From positions 1,988 through 65,987 of the forward strand of contig CAZFYG010000002.1 of NCBI GenBank assembly GCA_964523375.1: DNA of 64,000 bases, written 5' to 3'. This stretch comes from an uncultured Gammaproteobacteria bacterium. GTDB lineage: Bacteria; Pseudomonadota; Gammaproteobacteria; Magnimaribacterales; D2472. Position 1 is the first letter of the stretch, and each line of letters opens with the position of its first letter. Of the stretch, positions 24,438-34,156 are shown in pieces. The notes beneath the pieces were generated by a model that was given only the letters and a program-made list of their open reading frames with translations, did no database searches and was not told the DNA's origin. A program made the position numbers and the translations under genes.

Positions 24438-25305
24438 TTAAATAAAATATAGTATTTACATTAAGCCTATCAGCACCGGTAATAAAATCAATATCAAGAC
24501 CTTGATAAGTTCCTCTAATAGCATAAACATTTCCAACTTTTATACTGAATGGATTTTCAAGTGTTAGTGATAGAGAGTCCCCTTTAGAATATAGGTCTGA
24601 TACAAGAATATTTCTATCTGCCTGTATTTCAACCCAACACTCACTATCAAAATATAAGAGTAATTTATTATCAATACCATTAAGAATTTCCTGTGTGATC
24701 TTTTCAATTGGCATAGTTATGGCAGGAATTGTAAGATTATTTTTAGTTGCACTTGGAATAATTTTTGGTAACTCCACAATATTTTTTTTAGTTATTTTTT
24801 TTACCAAGCTGATATTTTTATTATCGTGAAAACCGGTATCATTAACTGAGAATTTATCAGGTATCAACACTTCAATATCCTCACTTACAGATAAGCCAGG
24901 GCCTGATACTTTAATGTCTTTAATCGCTGGCTGGGTAGGCTTGCTAATAATAACTATTAAAATTAATAGAACTAACCCAGCTAGCCCAATTAAAATTTTT
25001 ACAAAAGGGTTGCCAATTGATTTGTATGATTTGTTTATTATTTCGTCTTTTCTATTTTGAGCTACATACACAGAAGGGAATTCTGGCTTTATATCTAAAA
25101 TATTTGAGTATTTACGAAAATAGGCTCTTGCAAAACCTTCGCTTGGAAAGCCTGAGTAACTTCCGCTCTCTATACATCTTAAATATTTGATATTAATCAT
25201 ATATTTACTAGATATTTCGCTTATTGTTAATCCAAGCTCTTCTCTTCTGGCTTTAAAAATGATTCCAGTTTTTGCAGAGTTAGCGGACTTTAGATCTTCA
25301 TTCAT
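24430..25305 (-). CDS. rodZ: cytoskeleton protein RodZ
   Basis: 291 aa with an N-terminal XRE-type HTH ([28 protein letters not shown]), one TM segment ([17 protein letters not shown]) and a C-terminal beta domain. Lies at the conserved rlmN-rodZ-ispG position. Confidence 0.8.
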   Translation of the reverse strand: MNEDLKSANSAKTGIIFKARREELGLTISEISSKYMINIKYLRCIESGSYSGFPSEGFARAYFRKYSNILDIKPEFPSVYVAQNRKDEIINKSYKSIGNPFVKILIGLAGLVLLILIVIISKPTQPAIKDIKVSGPGLSVSEDIEVLIPDKFSVNDTGFHDNKNISLVKKITKKNIVELPKIIPSATKNNLTIPAITMPIEKITQEILNGIDNKLLLYFDSECWVEIQADRNILVSDLYSKGDSLSLTLENPFSIKVGNVYAIRGTYQGLDIDFITGADRLNVNTIFYLND

Positions 25306-26384
25306 TAGATCTCTCTTGCGTTTATAAGGTTTTTACCTTTAATTGATTTTTTTAATTTGCCAACTAATTGCCCGCAAGCTCCATCAACCGCATCGCCTCT
25401 TGTCACTCTTAATGTTGTAATAAAACCTTTTTTTACAAGAATGTCTTTAAAATTTTGAATGTTAAGTTTATTTGATCTCTTGTAATCTGACCCATCAAAT
25501 GGATTAAATGGAATTAAATTAATCTTGCATGATAAATCTGATAAGAGTTTACATAATTCATATGCCTGTTCTTTTGAATCATTAACACCGTCTATAAGAA
25601 TATACTCTATTGTAATGTTTCGTTTGCCATCATAAAAAGAAATATAATCCATGCAGGATTTAATCAATTTTTCAATTGGGTATTTTTTATTAATAGGAAC
25701 AATCTCATCTCTAAGTTGATTGTTTGAAGCGTGTAAAGAGATTGCTAAAGAAACATCTACATTATTTGCAATACTGTCTATTTGAGGAACTATTCCAGAT
25801 GTGCTAATTGTGATTCTTTTCCTTGAGAGACCATAGCCCATTTGGTCCTTCATAATTTTTGCTGATTCAATAACAGGATTAAAGTTTAAAAGAGGCTCTC
25901 CCATACCCATAAAAACAACATTTGTTATTGGCATATTTTCACTTTCGCCAAAATTTGCTAACCATAACTGACCGATAATTTCATCGGAGGTTAGGTTTTT
26001 TTCAAAACCCTGTGCTCCAGTTGCACAAAAAGTGCATTGCAAAGCGCACCCAGCTTGAGATGATATACATAGGGTAGCTCTTTTTTTTTCCGGTATCCTT
26101 ACCATCTCGATCATTGTTCCTGAATCAAGTTTAATTAAGTATTTCTTTGTTCCCTCTGGTGACAGGAATGACTCCTCTATAATTGGAGGTTTCATGAACG
26201 CAACTTCTTTTAATTTAGCCCTGAGGGGTTTATTAAAATCTGTCATTTCATCAAAATCAATAACACCTTTTTGATGTATCCACTTTAATAACTGTTTGGC
26301 ACGAAAAGATGGCTCTTCTAGAGACTTAAAAAAAACCTCAAGCGATTCTAGAGAGCAACCAAGGAGATTCTTTTTTTTGATCAA
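25305..26384 (-). CDS. rlmN: 23S rRNA/tRNA A2503/A37 C2-methyltransferase RlmN (radical SAM)
   Basis: 359 aa with the radical-SAM cluster motif CALQCTFCATG, MGMGEPL, and the C-terminal catalytic Cys region DGACGQL. Confidence 0.9.
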   Translation of the reverse strand: MIKKKNLLGCSLESLEVFFKSLEEPSFRAKQLLKWIHQKGVIDFDEMTDFNKPLRAKLKEVAFMKPPIIEESFLSPEGTKKYLIKLDSGTMIEMVRIPEKKRATLCISSQAGCALQCTFCATGAQGFEKNLTSDEIIGQLWLANFGESENMPITNVVFMGMGEPLLNFNPVIESAKIMKDQMGYGLSRKRITISTSGIVPQIDSIANNVDVSLAISLHASNNQLRDEIVPINKKYPIEKLIKSCMDYISFYDGKRNITIEYILIDGVNDSKEQAYELCKLLSDLSCKINLIPFNPFDGSDYKRSNKLNIQNFKDILVKKGFITTLRVTRGDAVDGACGQLVGKLKKSIKGKNLINAREI

Positions 26385-26387
26385 AAT

Positions 26388-26813
26388 TTACACTGACATT
26401 ATTTCTTCTTTATTGAAAAAATAGTCTATCTCCCTTGCTGCACTCTCAAGTGAATCTGAGCCATGAACAGCATTTGCATCAATACTATTGGCAAAATCAG
26501 CTCTTATTGTTCCAGGTTCTGCTTCTTGAGGATTGGTGCTCCCCATTAGCTCTCTATTTTTAAGAACTGCATTCTCACCTTCTAAAACCTGAACAAAGAC
26601 AGGACCTGAAGTCATAAATTTCTTAAGGTCTTCGAAAAAAGGCCTTCCTTCATGCTCAGCATAAAACCCAGACGCCATTGCATCATCAAGCTGTATTAAT
26701 TTTCCGGCAACTATCTTAAGGTTGTTATCTTCAAATCTAGATATTATTTTTCCTATTACATTTTTTGAAACTGCATCTGGTTTGATTATTGATAGTGTTC
26801 TTTCTTTTGACAT
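26388..26813 (-). CDS. ndk: nucleoside diphosphate kinase
   Basis: 141 aa. Contains [11 protein letters not shown] and the active-site NAVHGSDS. Confidence 0.95.
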   Translation of the reverse strand: MSKERTLSIIKPDAVSKNVIGKIISRFEDNNLKIVAGKLIQLDDAMASGFYAEHEGRPFFEDLKKFMTSGPVFVQVLEGENAVLKNRELMGSTNPQEAEPGTIRADFANSIDANAVHGSDSLESAAREIDYFFNKEEIMSV

Positions 26814-26854
26814 TTTGTATCCTTAGGTTAAAAATTTTGAGTATTATATGAGAG

Positions 26855-27058
26855 TTATTCGAATTCTTCTATCCATAACATCTGAATTGCTTCTAATATT
26901 TTTTCGTTTGATTTCTTAGGGTCGCCCTCAAAGTCAGCAAGGCTGCATACCTTACTATGTAAATCTGGAAATGAAATCCATTGAGGATCAATATCAGGAT
27001 ATTCATCTGATAGTAAAATAGAAATTTCATAAACATCTGACCATTCTAGCTTTTGCAT
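26855..27058 (-). CDS. iscX: Fe-S cluster assembly protein IscX
   Basis: 67 aa, collinear with E. coli IscX (YfhJ): W.D..EI...L...YPD+DP......DLH..+C.L.DF..DP..SNEKILEAI...W. Confidence 0.85.
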   Translation of the reverse strand: MQKLEWSDVYEISILLSDEYPDIDPQWISFPDLHSKVCSLADFEGDPKKSNEKILEAIQMLWIEEFE

Positions 27059-27059
27059 C

Positions 27060-27398
27060 TTAGTGATCCTCTGAAACTTGATTTATGTTATATCTAGGAA
27101 GTTCTATCTCTAAGTCATCATTAATAGGTACAGTTTGACAGCTTAATCGAGATGTTTGTTCAAGACCCCATGCTTTATCAAGCAGATCTTCCTCTGTATC
27201 ATTTGCTTCCTCTAAAGAATTGAAGCCCTTTCTAACAACTATATGACAAGTTGTGCAGGCACATGACATTTCACAGGCGTGCTCTATCTTAATACCATTT
27301 CTTAAAGCTGCTTCGCATACTGTTTCACCTGGAAGATTTTCAATGATGGCACCATTTGGGCAAATTTCATGGTGAGGGAATATCTTAATTTTAGGCAT
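27060..27398 (-). CDS. fdx: ISC-type [2Fe-2S] ferredoxin
   Basis: 112 aa with the adrenodoxin-type ligands CEMSCACTTCHIVV and SRLSCQ. Follows iscA after a 2-nt gap. Confidence 0.9.
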   Translation of the reverse strand: MPKIKIFPHHEICPNGAIIENLPGETVCEAALRNGIKIEHACEMSCACTTCHIVVRKGFNSLEEANDTEEDLLDKAWGLEQTSRLSCQTVPINDDLEIELPRYNINQVSEDH

Positions 27399-27400
27399 TT

Positions 27401-27742
27401 TTATATCGTAAAGCTTTCACCACATCCACATACAGCTTTAGCATTTGGGTTGATAAATTTTATACCCTTATTCAGCCCATCTTCAGAATAATCGACCATA
27501 CTACCGGATAAAAAATTGAGGCTATGATTGTCAATATAAATATTACATCCATTTTTTTTAAAAACATGGTCATTAATATCAATACTATCAATGAAATCAA
27601 AAACATATTCATAACCACTACAGCCAGCTTCTTTAACACCAATTTTAATGCCCTTTCCACTGCCTCGCTGCTGAAGACTAATGAGAAAGTGATTAATTGC
27701 TTTATCTGAAAATGAAATTGATTTTGGATTAAACTCTTGCAT
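27401..27742 (-). CDS. iscA: iron-binding Fe-S assembly protein IscA
   Basis: 113 aa of the A-type carrier family, with GCSGY and the C-terminal CGCGESF. Confidence 0.9.
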   Translation of the reverse strand: MQEFNPKSISFSDKAINHFLISLQQRGSGKGIKIGVKEAGCSGYEYVFDFIDSIDINDHVFKKNGCNIYIDNHSLNFLSGSMVDYSEDGLNKGIKFINPNAKAVCGCGESFTI

Positions 27743-27744
27743 GG

Positions 27745-28149
27745 TTATTGCTTTGATTCATAATCTTCAATTGCTTGACGTATTGAGTCCTCAGCAAGAA
27801 CTGAGCAATGGATTTTTATGGGAGGCAATTCAAGAGCCTCTACAATCTCAATATTTTTTATAGCTTTTGCTTCTTCTAGCGTTTTTCCAATTAACATTTC
27901 TACTAACTCACTAGATGATGCAATTGCAGATCCACAACCATAAGTTTTAAATTTAACATCTTTAATAACATGAGAGTTTCCTTTAGGTTCGCATTTAATT
28001 TGAAGTTTCATAACATCACCGCATGCTGGAGCTCCTACCATTCCAGTGCCAACATTCAATTCAGCAGGATCAAACCTACCAACTTTAAATGCCTGAGGAT
28101 TATTTAAAGTATCCTCGAATTTATCTACAACTTTTTTTGAATATGCCAT
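27745..28149 (-). CDS. iscU: Fe-S cluster scaffold IscU
   Basis: 134 aa. Contains GAPACGDVMKL, TYGCGSAIASSS, and LPPIKIHCS (the HscA-recognition LPPVK-type motif). Confidence 0.95.
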   Translation of the reverse strand: MAYSKKVVDKFEDTLNNPQAFKVGRFDPAELNVGTGMVGAPACGDVMKLQIKCEPKGNSHVIKDVKFKTYGCGSAIASSSELVEMLIGKTLEEAKAIKNIEIVEALELPPIKIHCSVLAEDSIRQAIEDYESKQ

Positions 28150-28160
28150 TTTTATTTACC

Positions 28161-29384
28161 TTAGTGTGTTTTCCATTCAACAGTATCAAGATCTATTCCA
28201 TCGAGATGCATCTCCCAAAGTGGAGATAGCTCTCTTAATCTTTCAACAACATTTTTTAGTATTGAAAGTGTTTCCAATACCTCGTCTTCATTAGTGAATC
28301 TACCAAATGAAAATCTAATTGAGCTATGAGCTAATTCATCCTTTCTACCTAATGCTCTTAGAACATATGATGGCTCTAAACTTGCAGATGTACATGCTGA
28401 CCCAGAAGATACAGCAATGTCTTTTAAGCCCATAATGAGAGACTCCCCTTCGACAAAATTAAAACTCACATTAAGTATATTAGGGACTTTATTTGCAACA
28501 TCACCATTTAAATAAACGTGCTCAATATCATTGACTTGATCTAAAAACATATCATGAAATCTTTTAATTTTTGCTATGTCTTGTTTCATATCTTCTTTTG
28601 CAATCCTGAAGGCTTCGCCCATCCCAACAAGTTGGTGAGTAGGAAGTGTTCCAGACCTCATGCCTCTCTCGTGACCCCCACCATGAATTTGCGCTTCAAT
28701 TCTTACTCTAGGTTTTCTTCTCACAAATAGAGCTCCAACTCCTTTAGGGCCATATGTTTTATGAGCAGAAAAGGACATTAGATCTACAGGTAATTTTTTT
28801 AAATCAATTGGAACTTTTCCGGTACTCTGGGCAGCATCTACATGAAAGAAAATTCCTTTTTCTCTAGTAATTTTGCCTATACCATCTATGTCATTTAATG
28901 TGCCTAATTCATTATTGATATGCATTACTGAAACCAATATAGTTGAATCTTTTATTGCATTATTTACAGCCTCTGGAGTGATAATTCCACCTTCATTTGG
29001 TTCCAGGTATGTTACTTCAAAACCATCACGCTCAAGTTGCCTGCACGGATCTAAAACAGCTTTGTGCTCTATTTTTGAAGTAATAATATGATTACCTTTT
29101 GTTTTATAAAACTTGGCAATACCTTTAACAGCTAGGTTATCGGCCTCAGTTGCACCAGAGGTCCAAACGATCTCTCTAGGATCACAATTTACTAAATTTG
29201 CTACATGTGATCTTGCTTCTTCTACAGCCTCATCTGCTTTCCACCCATAACGATGTGATCTCGATGCTGGATTACCAAACTCCCCATCAGGTGTTAAAAA
29301 TTCCATCATTCTTTTAGCCACCCTCGGATCAACTGGTGTTGTGGAAGCATAGTCGAGATAAATTGTTTTATTTTTTTCTTTCAT
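28161..29384 (-). CDS. iscS: cysteine desulfurase IscS
   Basis: 407 aa. Contains the PLP-Lys region [12 protein letters not shown] and the active-site loop [17 protein letters not shown]. Confidence 0.95.
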   Translation of the reverse strand: MKEKNKTIYLDYASTTPVDPRVAKRMMEFLTPDGEFGNPASRSHRYGWKADEAVEEARSHVANLVNCDPREIVWTSGATEADNLAVKGIAKFYKTKGNHIITSKIEHKAVLDPCRQLERDGFEVTYLEPNEGGIITPEAVNNAIKDSTILVSVMHINNELGTLNDIDGIGKITREKGIFFHVDAAQSTGKVPIDLKKLPVDLMSFSAHKTYGPKGVGALFVRRKPRVRIEAQIHGGGHERGMRSGTLPTHQLVGMGEAFRIAKEDMKQDIAKIKRFHDMFLDQVNDIEHVYLNGDVANKVPNILNVSFNFVEGESLIMGLKDIAVSSGSACTSASLEPSYVLRALGRKDELAHSSIRFSFGRFTNEDEVLETLSILKNVVERLRELSPLWEMHLDGIDLDTVEWKTH

Positions 29385-29386
29385 TT

Positions 29387-29821
29387 TTACTTTATTTCTT
29401 TAAGTTTTATATATGGGTTGTCAGGAGAATTAACAAGGCTGCTTAAGGTTATAGTTGTTAAATAATTATCTACTAAATTGTTTAGATCATTCCATAAATT
29501 ATGAGTTTTACACTCCCTTCCATCTTGGCAGGTATGGCTACCATGACAGTTTGTAGCATCTAAATCCTCATCAACAGCATCCATGATTTCTTTAATAGAT
29601 ATTCTATTGATATCTTTTGCATATGAGTAGCCTCCGTTTCTTCCTCTAACACTTTTTACAATTCCAGCTATTCTAAGTTTTCTGAATAATTGCTCGAGGT
29701 ATGAAATTTCTATGTTTTGGTTATTAGAAATGTCAGTTAAGGATACAGGCCCGGAGTTAGCAAGAATCCCCAGCTCTGTTAGTGCGCTAACTGCATATTT
29801 ACTTTTAGTGGTGAGTTTCAC
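29387..29821 (-). CDS. iscR: Fe-S cluster-responsive transcriptional regulator IscR (Rrf2 family)
   Basis: 144 aa. [14 protein letters not shown] aligns with E. coli MRLTSKGRYAVTAM. The cluster ligands have E. coli spacing: C-x5-C-x5-C-x2-H ([17 protein letters not shown]). GTG start at 29821 with no Shine-Dalgarno. Confidence 0.9.
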   Translation of the reverse strand: MKLTTKSKYAVSALTELGILANSGPVSLTDISNNQNIEISYLEQLFRKLRIAGIVKSVRGRNGGYSYAKDINRISIKEIMDAVDEDLDATNCHGSHTCQDGRECKTHNLWNDLNNLVDNYLTTITLSSLVNSPDNPYIKLKEIK

Positions 29822-29827
29822 GCATGA

Positions 29828-29859
29828 ATTATAAATACCTGACTAATTTAGTCAAGTTT
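29828..29859 (-). promoter_or_regulatory. iscR promoter (TTGACT-16-TATAAT) with embedded IscR type-1 binding site
   Basis: The minus strand reads AAACTTGACTAAATTAGTCAGGTATTTATAATTCATGCGTG. The -35 TTGACT is at 29855..29850, the spacer is 16 nt, and the -10 TATAAT is at 29833..29828. The 25-mer at 29835..29859 (plus strand ATACCTGACTAATTTAGTCAAGTTT) matches the IscR type-1 consensus as I recall it (ATASYYGACTRWWWYAGTCRRSTAT) at 24 of 25 positions. It overlaps the purC stop codon. Confidence 0.6.
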
Positions 29860-30570
29860 AATATTCATACCCAATCTATCGGCAACTTGGTGATACGATT
29901 CAACCACATCTCCGAGACCCTCTCTAAATCTATCTTTGTCCATCTTCTTTCCGGTTTCAACATCCCACAATCTACATCCATCAGGAGTAAATTCGTCAGC
30001 AAGGATAATTTGACTTCCTTCTAAAAGACCAAATTCAACTTTAAAATCAACCAAAGTAAGACCAGAGTCTAAAAATAATTTTGAAAGAACATCATTTATT
30101 TTATAAGTAAGAATTTTCATTTGATCAATATGTTCTTGTTTCGCCCACCCAAATGAAATGATATGTTCATCGTTTATTAATGGATCACCTAAATCATCAT
30201 CTTTTAAAAAGAATTCAAAAAGCGGTGACTGCAATACCAGACCATCCTCTGTGCCGAGTCTTCGACAGATTGATCCAGAGGCAATATTTCTTATTACGCA
30301 CTCAATTGGAAACATCTCAAGCTTGTGGACTAATGAATCAGTCTGATTTAAAACTTTTATATGGTGGGTTGGGATATTATTATTTTCTAAATGTTCAAGA
30401 ATAAAAGCATTGAATTGATTATTAACAGCTCCCTTGCCCAGTAACGCCTCTTTCTTTTTACCATCAAAGGCAGAGGTGTCGTCTCTAAAGTTCATAATTA
30501 AATGATTTTCATTATCAGTGGTAAATAAAGACTTAGCTTTCCCTGAGGTTATTTCTTTTATTTTATTCAT
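29848..30570 (-). CDS. purC: phosphoribosylaminoimidazole-succinocarboxamide (SAICAR) synthase
   Basis: 240 aa. Contains GKAKSLF, FRDDTSAFDGKKK and LADEFTPDGCRLWD. dapA-bamC-purC order is as in E. coli. Confidence 0.95.
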   Translation of the reverse strand: MNKIKEITSGKAKSLFTTDNENHLIMNFRDDTSAFDGKKKEALLGKGAVNNQFNAFILEHLENNNIPTHHIKVLNQTDSLVHKLEMFPIECVIRNIASGSICRRLGTEDGLVLQSPLFEFFLKDDDLGDPLINDEHIISFGWAKQEHIDQMKILTYKINDVLSKLFLDSGLTLVDFKVEFGLLEGSQIILADEFTPDGCRLWDVETGKKMDKDRFREGLGDVVESYHQVADRLGMNIKLD

Positions 30571-31547
30571 TAGTTTAGTAATTCGTTAATTTTTGATAAT
30601 AGTTGTTCAGATTCGTCTATATTACCATTTAATGATTTAGCTCTTACATAGGTTTTATTATTTTTTTGGCTAATTATTACTTCAAACTGTGATTCTTTAT
30701 TAAAATCTGATTCTTTTTTAGAGCTTCCAAAACCTAAAAAAGAAAACATTCCCTCTTCTTCATCAAGACCATAACTTACAAAAAATATTCCGTTTGATCT
30801 ATCTCTATCATTAGAGACGATATTCCCGCTTGCAAGAGCCTTGCTTACTGATGACCAGGCTCTATCAAAGTTTAGATCTAATTCGATAATTGTTTGTCCA
30901 TTCTCGGTATAAATATTAGCTTTTTTTCTTTCATTAAGATTTTGTGCTGCTAATGATGTGCCTGTAAACACATCAACAGATTCAGCCAAATATTCAACAA
31001 CTCTTCCTAACTCTGATTGAATAAACTCAGGATTACTTACAATTTCTTTAGTTTCTTTATTAATTTTATTTAAAAATATTTCAGAAGACGCCTCTTTGAT
31101 TCCATGCTCTATTTTCATTTCCAGTTCAAACTGTTCACTGAAATCAATTCTTATGACTCCACTCTCTGGATCAGCGCTCATAACTGAATAAATTGACGTA
31201 TCCCAATAATTTTTTGATATTGGCCACGTGGTCGATGGCAGTGTTTCTATATAAACCCACATCAATTCACCTAGCCTTCTTAGCTGAACTGAACTTTCAC
31301 CTCCAGATGAAAATATTTGCCTTGGCTTTGGAATATCTAAATCTTTCTCTACCTCTATAATGCTAAAGTATGGATAATGATTATCAGATTTTAATTCAGA
31401 AAGGTTTTCAGGTGCCGTAAGCGGTGCCTGTGATGTCTCATCAAGAAACTCGTATTCATTTGTTGGAAAATAGCCTTCAGGCCCAGTTAACCATGCACAT
31501 GATGAGCATGTAATTAAAATTAATAATAATTTTGAGGTTTTTATCAT
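30570..31547 (-). CDS. bamC: outer membrane protein assembly factor BamC (NlpB)
   Basis: 325 aa with a lipoprotein signal (LILITCSSC). Two helix-grip-like segments resemble E. coli BamC (WP.+...L......+...D...G.+..D+; F...W..+..AL...G..V.+.DRS.G...V.Y). Lies at the conserved position between dapA and purC. Confidence 0.75.
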   Translation of the reverse strand: MIKTSKLLLILITCSSCAWLTGPEGYFPTNEYEFLDETSQAPLTAPENLSELKSDNHYPYFSIIEVEKDLDIPKPRQIFSSGGESSVQLRRLGELMWVYIETLPSTTWPISKNYWDTSIYSVMSADPESGVIRIDFSEQFELEMKIEHGIKEASSEIFLNKINKETKEIVSNPEFIQSELGRVVEYLAESVDVFTGTSLAAQNLNERKKANIYTENGQTIIELDLNFDRAWSSVSKALASGNIVSNDRDRSNGIFFVSYGLDEEEGMFSFLGFGSSKKESDFNKESQFEVIISQKNNKTYVRAKSLNGNIDESEQLLSKINELLN

Positions 31548-32434
31548 AAGACTTTTAGTTCCTTTAATGTAGACAAAACTTTATCGTGATAAGTTTCATT
31601 TAAATCAGTTAATGGTAAACGAATTGTTTTATTAATGCGCCCCATTTCCGATAACATCCATTTTACTGGAATTGGATTAGATTCTACAAATAGCAATTTC
31701 AAAAGGTCATTATAGTAATCATTTTCTAGCTTAGCTTTTTGGTAATTGCCAGAAAGTGAGTTTTTGCATATTGCAGATATGCTTTTAGGAATTATATTTG
31801 CAGCTACTGATATTACACCTGAGGCGCCAAGTTGCATACTTTCTAAAAATGTAGGGTCATCTCCTGAAAGGATTGAAAAATTATTTGTTTCTTTGGTTAT
31901 TTCAGCTATATGCTTGATTCTATTCATATCATCTAATGCCTCTTTTATACCTATTATATTTTCGTGCTCAGATAAAATTTTAGTTGATTGCGGTTGAAGA
32001 TCGCATGCTGTTCTTGATGGAACATTGTACAAAATTTGAGGGATATTTACCTTATTAGCAATGGCCAAGTAATGAAGAATAAGCCCTTCTTGTGTTGGTT
32101 TATTGTAATATGGAGTCACAAGAAGTGATGCATCTGCACCAAGATTTTTAGATTCAAGCGTTAAGTCTATTGCTTCTTGAGTTGAATTACCTCCGGACCC
32201 AGCAATTACTGGGATTCTATTACCGGATATTTTTACGGTATATTTAATTACATCTAAATGTTCTTGGACGCTTAGCGTTGATGACTCACCAGTTGTTCCA
32301 ACTGAAACTATTCCACTTGTATCATTTTCTATATGCCAATTAATTAAATGTTTTAAGGAGTCATAGTCAATGCCACCATTTTCGAACATTGGCGTTACTA
32401 ATGCGACAAAACTTCCTCTTAAAACTTGCATCAA
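31544..32434 (-). CDS. dapA: 4-hydroxy-tetrahydrodipicolinate synthase
   Basis: 296 aa. Contains GSFVALVTPM, VGTTGESSTLS and YNVPSRT, with a 4-nt overlap with bamC. Confidence 0.95.
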   Translation of the reverse strand: MMQVLRGSFVALVTPMFENGGIDYDSLKHLINWHIENDTSGIVSVGTTGESSTLSVQEHLDVIKYTVKISGNRIPVIAGSGGNSTQEAIDLTLESKNLGADASLLVTPYYNKPTQEGLILHYLAIANKVNIPQILYNVPSRTACDLQPQSTKILSEHENIIGIKEALDDMNRIKHIAEITKETNNFSILSGDDPTFLESMQLGASGVISVAANIIPKSISAICKNSLSGNYQKAKLENDYYNDLLKLLFVESNPIPVKWMLSEMGRINKTIRLPLTDLNETYHDKVLSTLKELKVL

Positions 32435-32500
32435 ATAAATTTTCAGTAAAAAATAGGACTATACACTATTTAATACAAAATCTTACACAAAGGAAATCAA

Positions 32501-32971
32501 ATGACAAAAAAACTAGTAGGCAAAAAAGCTCCAAACTTTAAAGCAGAATGTACCAGTGAAAAAACATATGCTAGAGATGATTTTAATGGTAAAAATTTAG
32601 TACTGTATTTTTACCCAAAAGATAGTACTCCGGGATGCACAACAGAAGGCCAAAATTTCAGAGATCTATATGAAGAATTCCAGGCTAATAATACTGAGAT
32701 TATTGGTGTATCGAGAGAATCAATAAAATCTCATGAAAATTTTAAAGAGAAGCAGTCTTTTCCATTTGAGCTACTATCAGATCCCGATGAGAAAGTATGC
32801 AAGGCATATGATGTAATGAAATTAAAATCTATGTATGGAAGAGAATATATTGGCGTAGATCGAAGTACTTTTATTATTGATGCAAATAGTAAATTAGTAA
32901 AAGAGTGGCGTGGAGTTAAAGTGAAAGGTCATGCAGATGAGGTTTTGGATTTTATTCAAAACTTAGATTAG
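32501..32971 (+). CDS. bcp: thiol peroxidase Bcp (peroxiredoxin)
   Basis: 156 aa with YFYPKDSTPGCTTEG (peroxidatic Cys). The position equivalent to the E. coli resolving Cys (+5) is Glu, so this may be a 1-Cys-type BCP. Confidence 0.9.
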   Translation: MTKKLVGKKAPNFKAECTSEKTYARDDFNGKNLVLYFYPKDSTPGCTTEGQNFRDLYEEFQANNTEIIGVSRESIKSHENFKEKQSFPFELLSDPDEKVCKAYDVMKLKSMYGREYIGVDRSTFIIDANSKLVKEWRGVKVKGHADEVLDFIQNLD

Positions 32972-34023
32972 GCATTTCTGCTAGAGGGCCATGCATTCCA
33001 TACTGCTTTGATGAATGTCGCTATTGGTATTGCAAAAAACACACCCCAGAAACCAAATATACTTCCAAATATAAAGACGGCTAAAATAATTATTACAGGA
33101 TGCAGCTTCACTGCATCTGAAAAAATTATAGGTACTAGCAAATTTCCATCTAGCACTTGAAGTATTAGATACAAAATAATTAAAAGGCCAAAATCAAAGG
33201 TTAGCCCAAACTGGATAAGGCCGATAATAACTATTGGGACAGTTACAGCAAAAGCTCCAACATATGGTATTACAACCGATAAACCAACAAGAACAGACAA
33301 AAGCGCTGTGTAGTTAAGTCCGAGCGATGAAAATATAATTGCGGCACACGCTCCCACTATAAATATTTCAAGAGTTTTACCTCTAACATAATTACTTAAC
33401 TGAACATCCATTTCTTCCCAAATTTTTACAAGCATCTTCCTTTCACCTGGAATAACTTTTAAGAAACCATCTAAGATCGCCTTCCTATCAAATAAAAAGA
33501 AATAGACTAATATAGGGAATAATAAAATATATATTAAAAGTGTTATGGCGCTTTGTATTCCTGAAATTGAGCTCTTAACAATATTTTGAGTTAATGCTGA
33601 TGCCTCAGAAGAAACCGCTTGGAAAAAAGTTGTAATTTGATCTGACGTTAGCAAGTCTGGGTAAGAGGATGGTATTTGTGACACAAAAATTACAAAATCA
33701 TTAAGAAGACCTGGGGTTTCAAGAATTAATAATTGTAATTGAGTGTATAGAATTGGTATTAGCCATATCAAAAGAGCTGCGCCTACAATTATAAAAATTG
33801 AAAAAGTAGCCAACATCGCCCAAAAGCTATTTACACCAAAAGACTCTATTTTTCTTTGAAGACCAACTAACAAATATGCCACAACAATACTTAATAGGAA
33901 TGGAGTAAGTATTGAACCAAAGTAGTTTAGCAAGACTATTGTTGAAATCAGTAAGATTGAAAAAACAATAGTTTCGTCATTTGTAAATATTCTTTTAAAA
34001 AAATTATTAAGTCTTTCTATCAT
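32968..34023 (-). CDS. AI-2E family transporter (PerM/YhhT-like permease)
   Basis: 351 aa, about 8 TM segments. The overall pattern (N-terminal TM pair, central loop, C-terminal GFWGVFFAIP) is typical of PF01594-type permeases. It neighbours bepA as perM (yfgO) does in E. coli. Confidence 0.7.
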   Translation of the reverse strand: MIERLNNFFKRIFTNDETIVFSILLISTIVLLNYFGSILTPFLLSIVVAYLLVGLQRKIESFGVNSFWAMLATFSIFIIVGAALLIWLIPILYTQLQLLILETPGLLNDFVIFVSQIPSSYPDLLTSDQITTFFQAVSSEASALTQNIVKSSISGIQSAITLLIYILLFPILVYFFLFDRKAILDGFLKVIPGERKMLVKIWEEMDVQLSNYVRGKTLEIFIVGACAAIIFSSLGLNYTALLSVLVGLSVVIPYVGAFAVTVPIVIIGLIQFGLTFDFGLLIILYLILQVLDGNLLVPIIFSDAVKLHPVIIILAVFIFGSIFGFWGVFFAIPIATFIKAVWNAWPSSRNA

Positions 34024-34156
34024 TTTTAATCTACATGTTATATTTAAAACTTATTACAAATAACCTTGTCTATAAACAGAGCTTGTAATGTTATGTTATC
34101 TAATTATGACCGATATTAATCTAAAAAGTCTATTGTTATAGTTTTTCACCAGTTAT

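Noticed and set aside
29824-30024. 66-aa plus-strand ORF spanning the iscR-purC junction.
   Set aside because: It is antisense to the purC 3' end and overlaps the iscR promoter and operator. It has no SD or motif and is better explained as a chance ORF.
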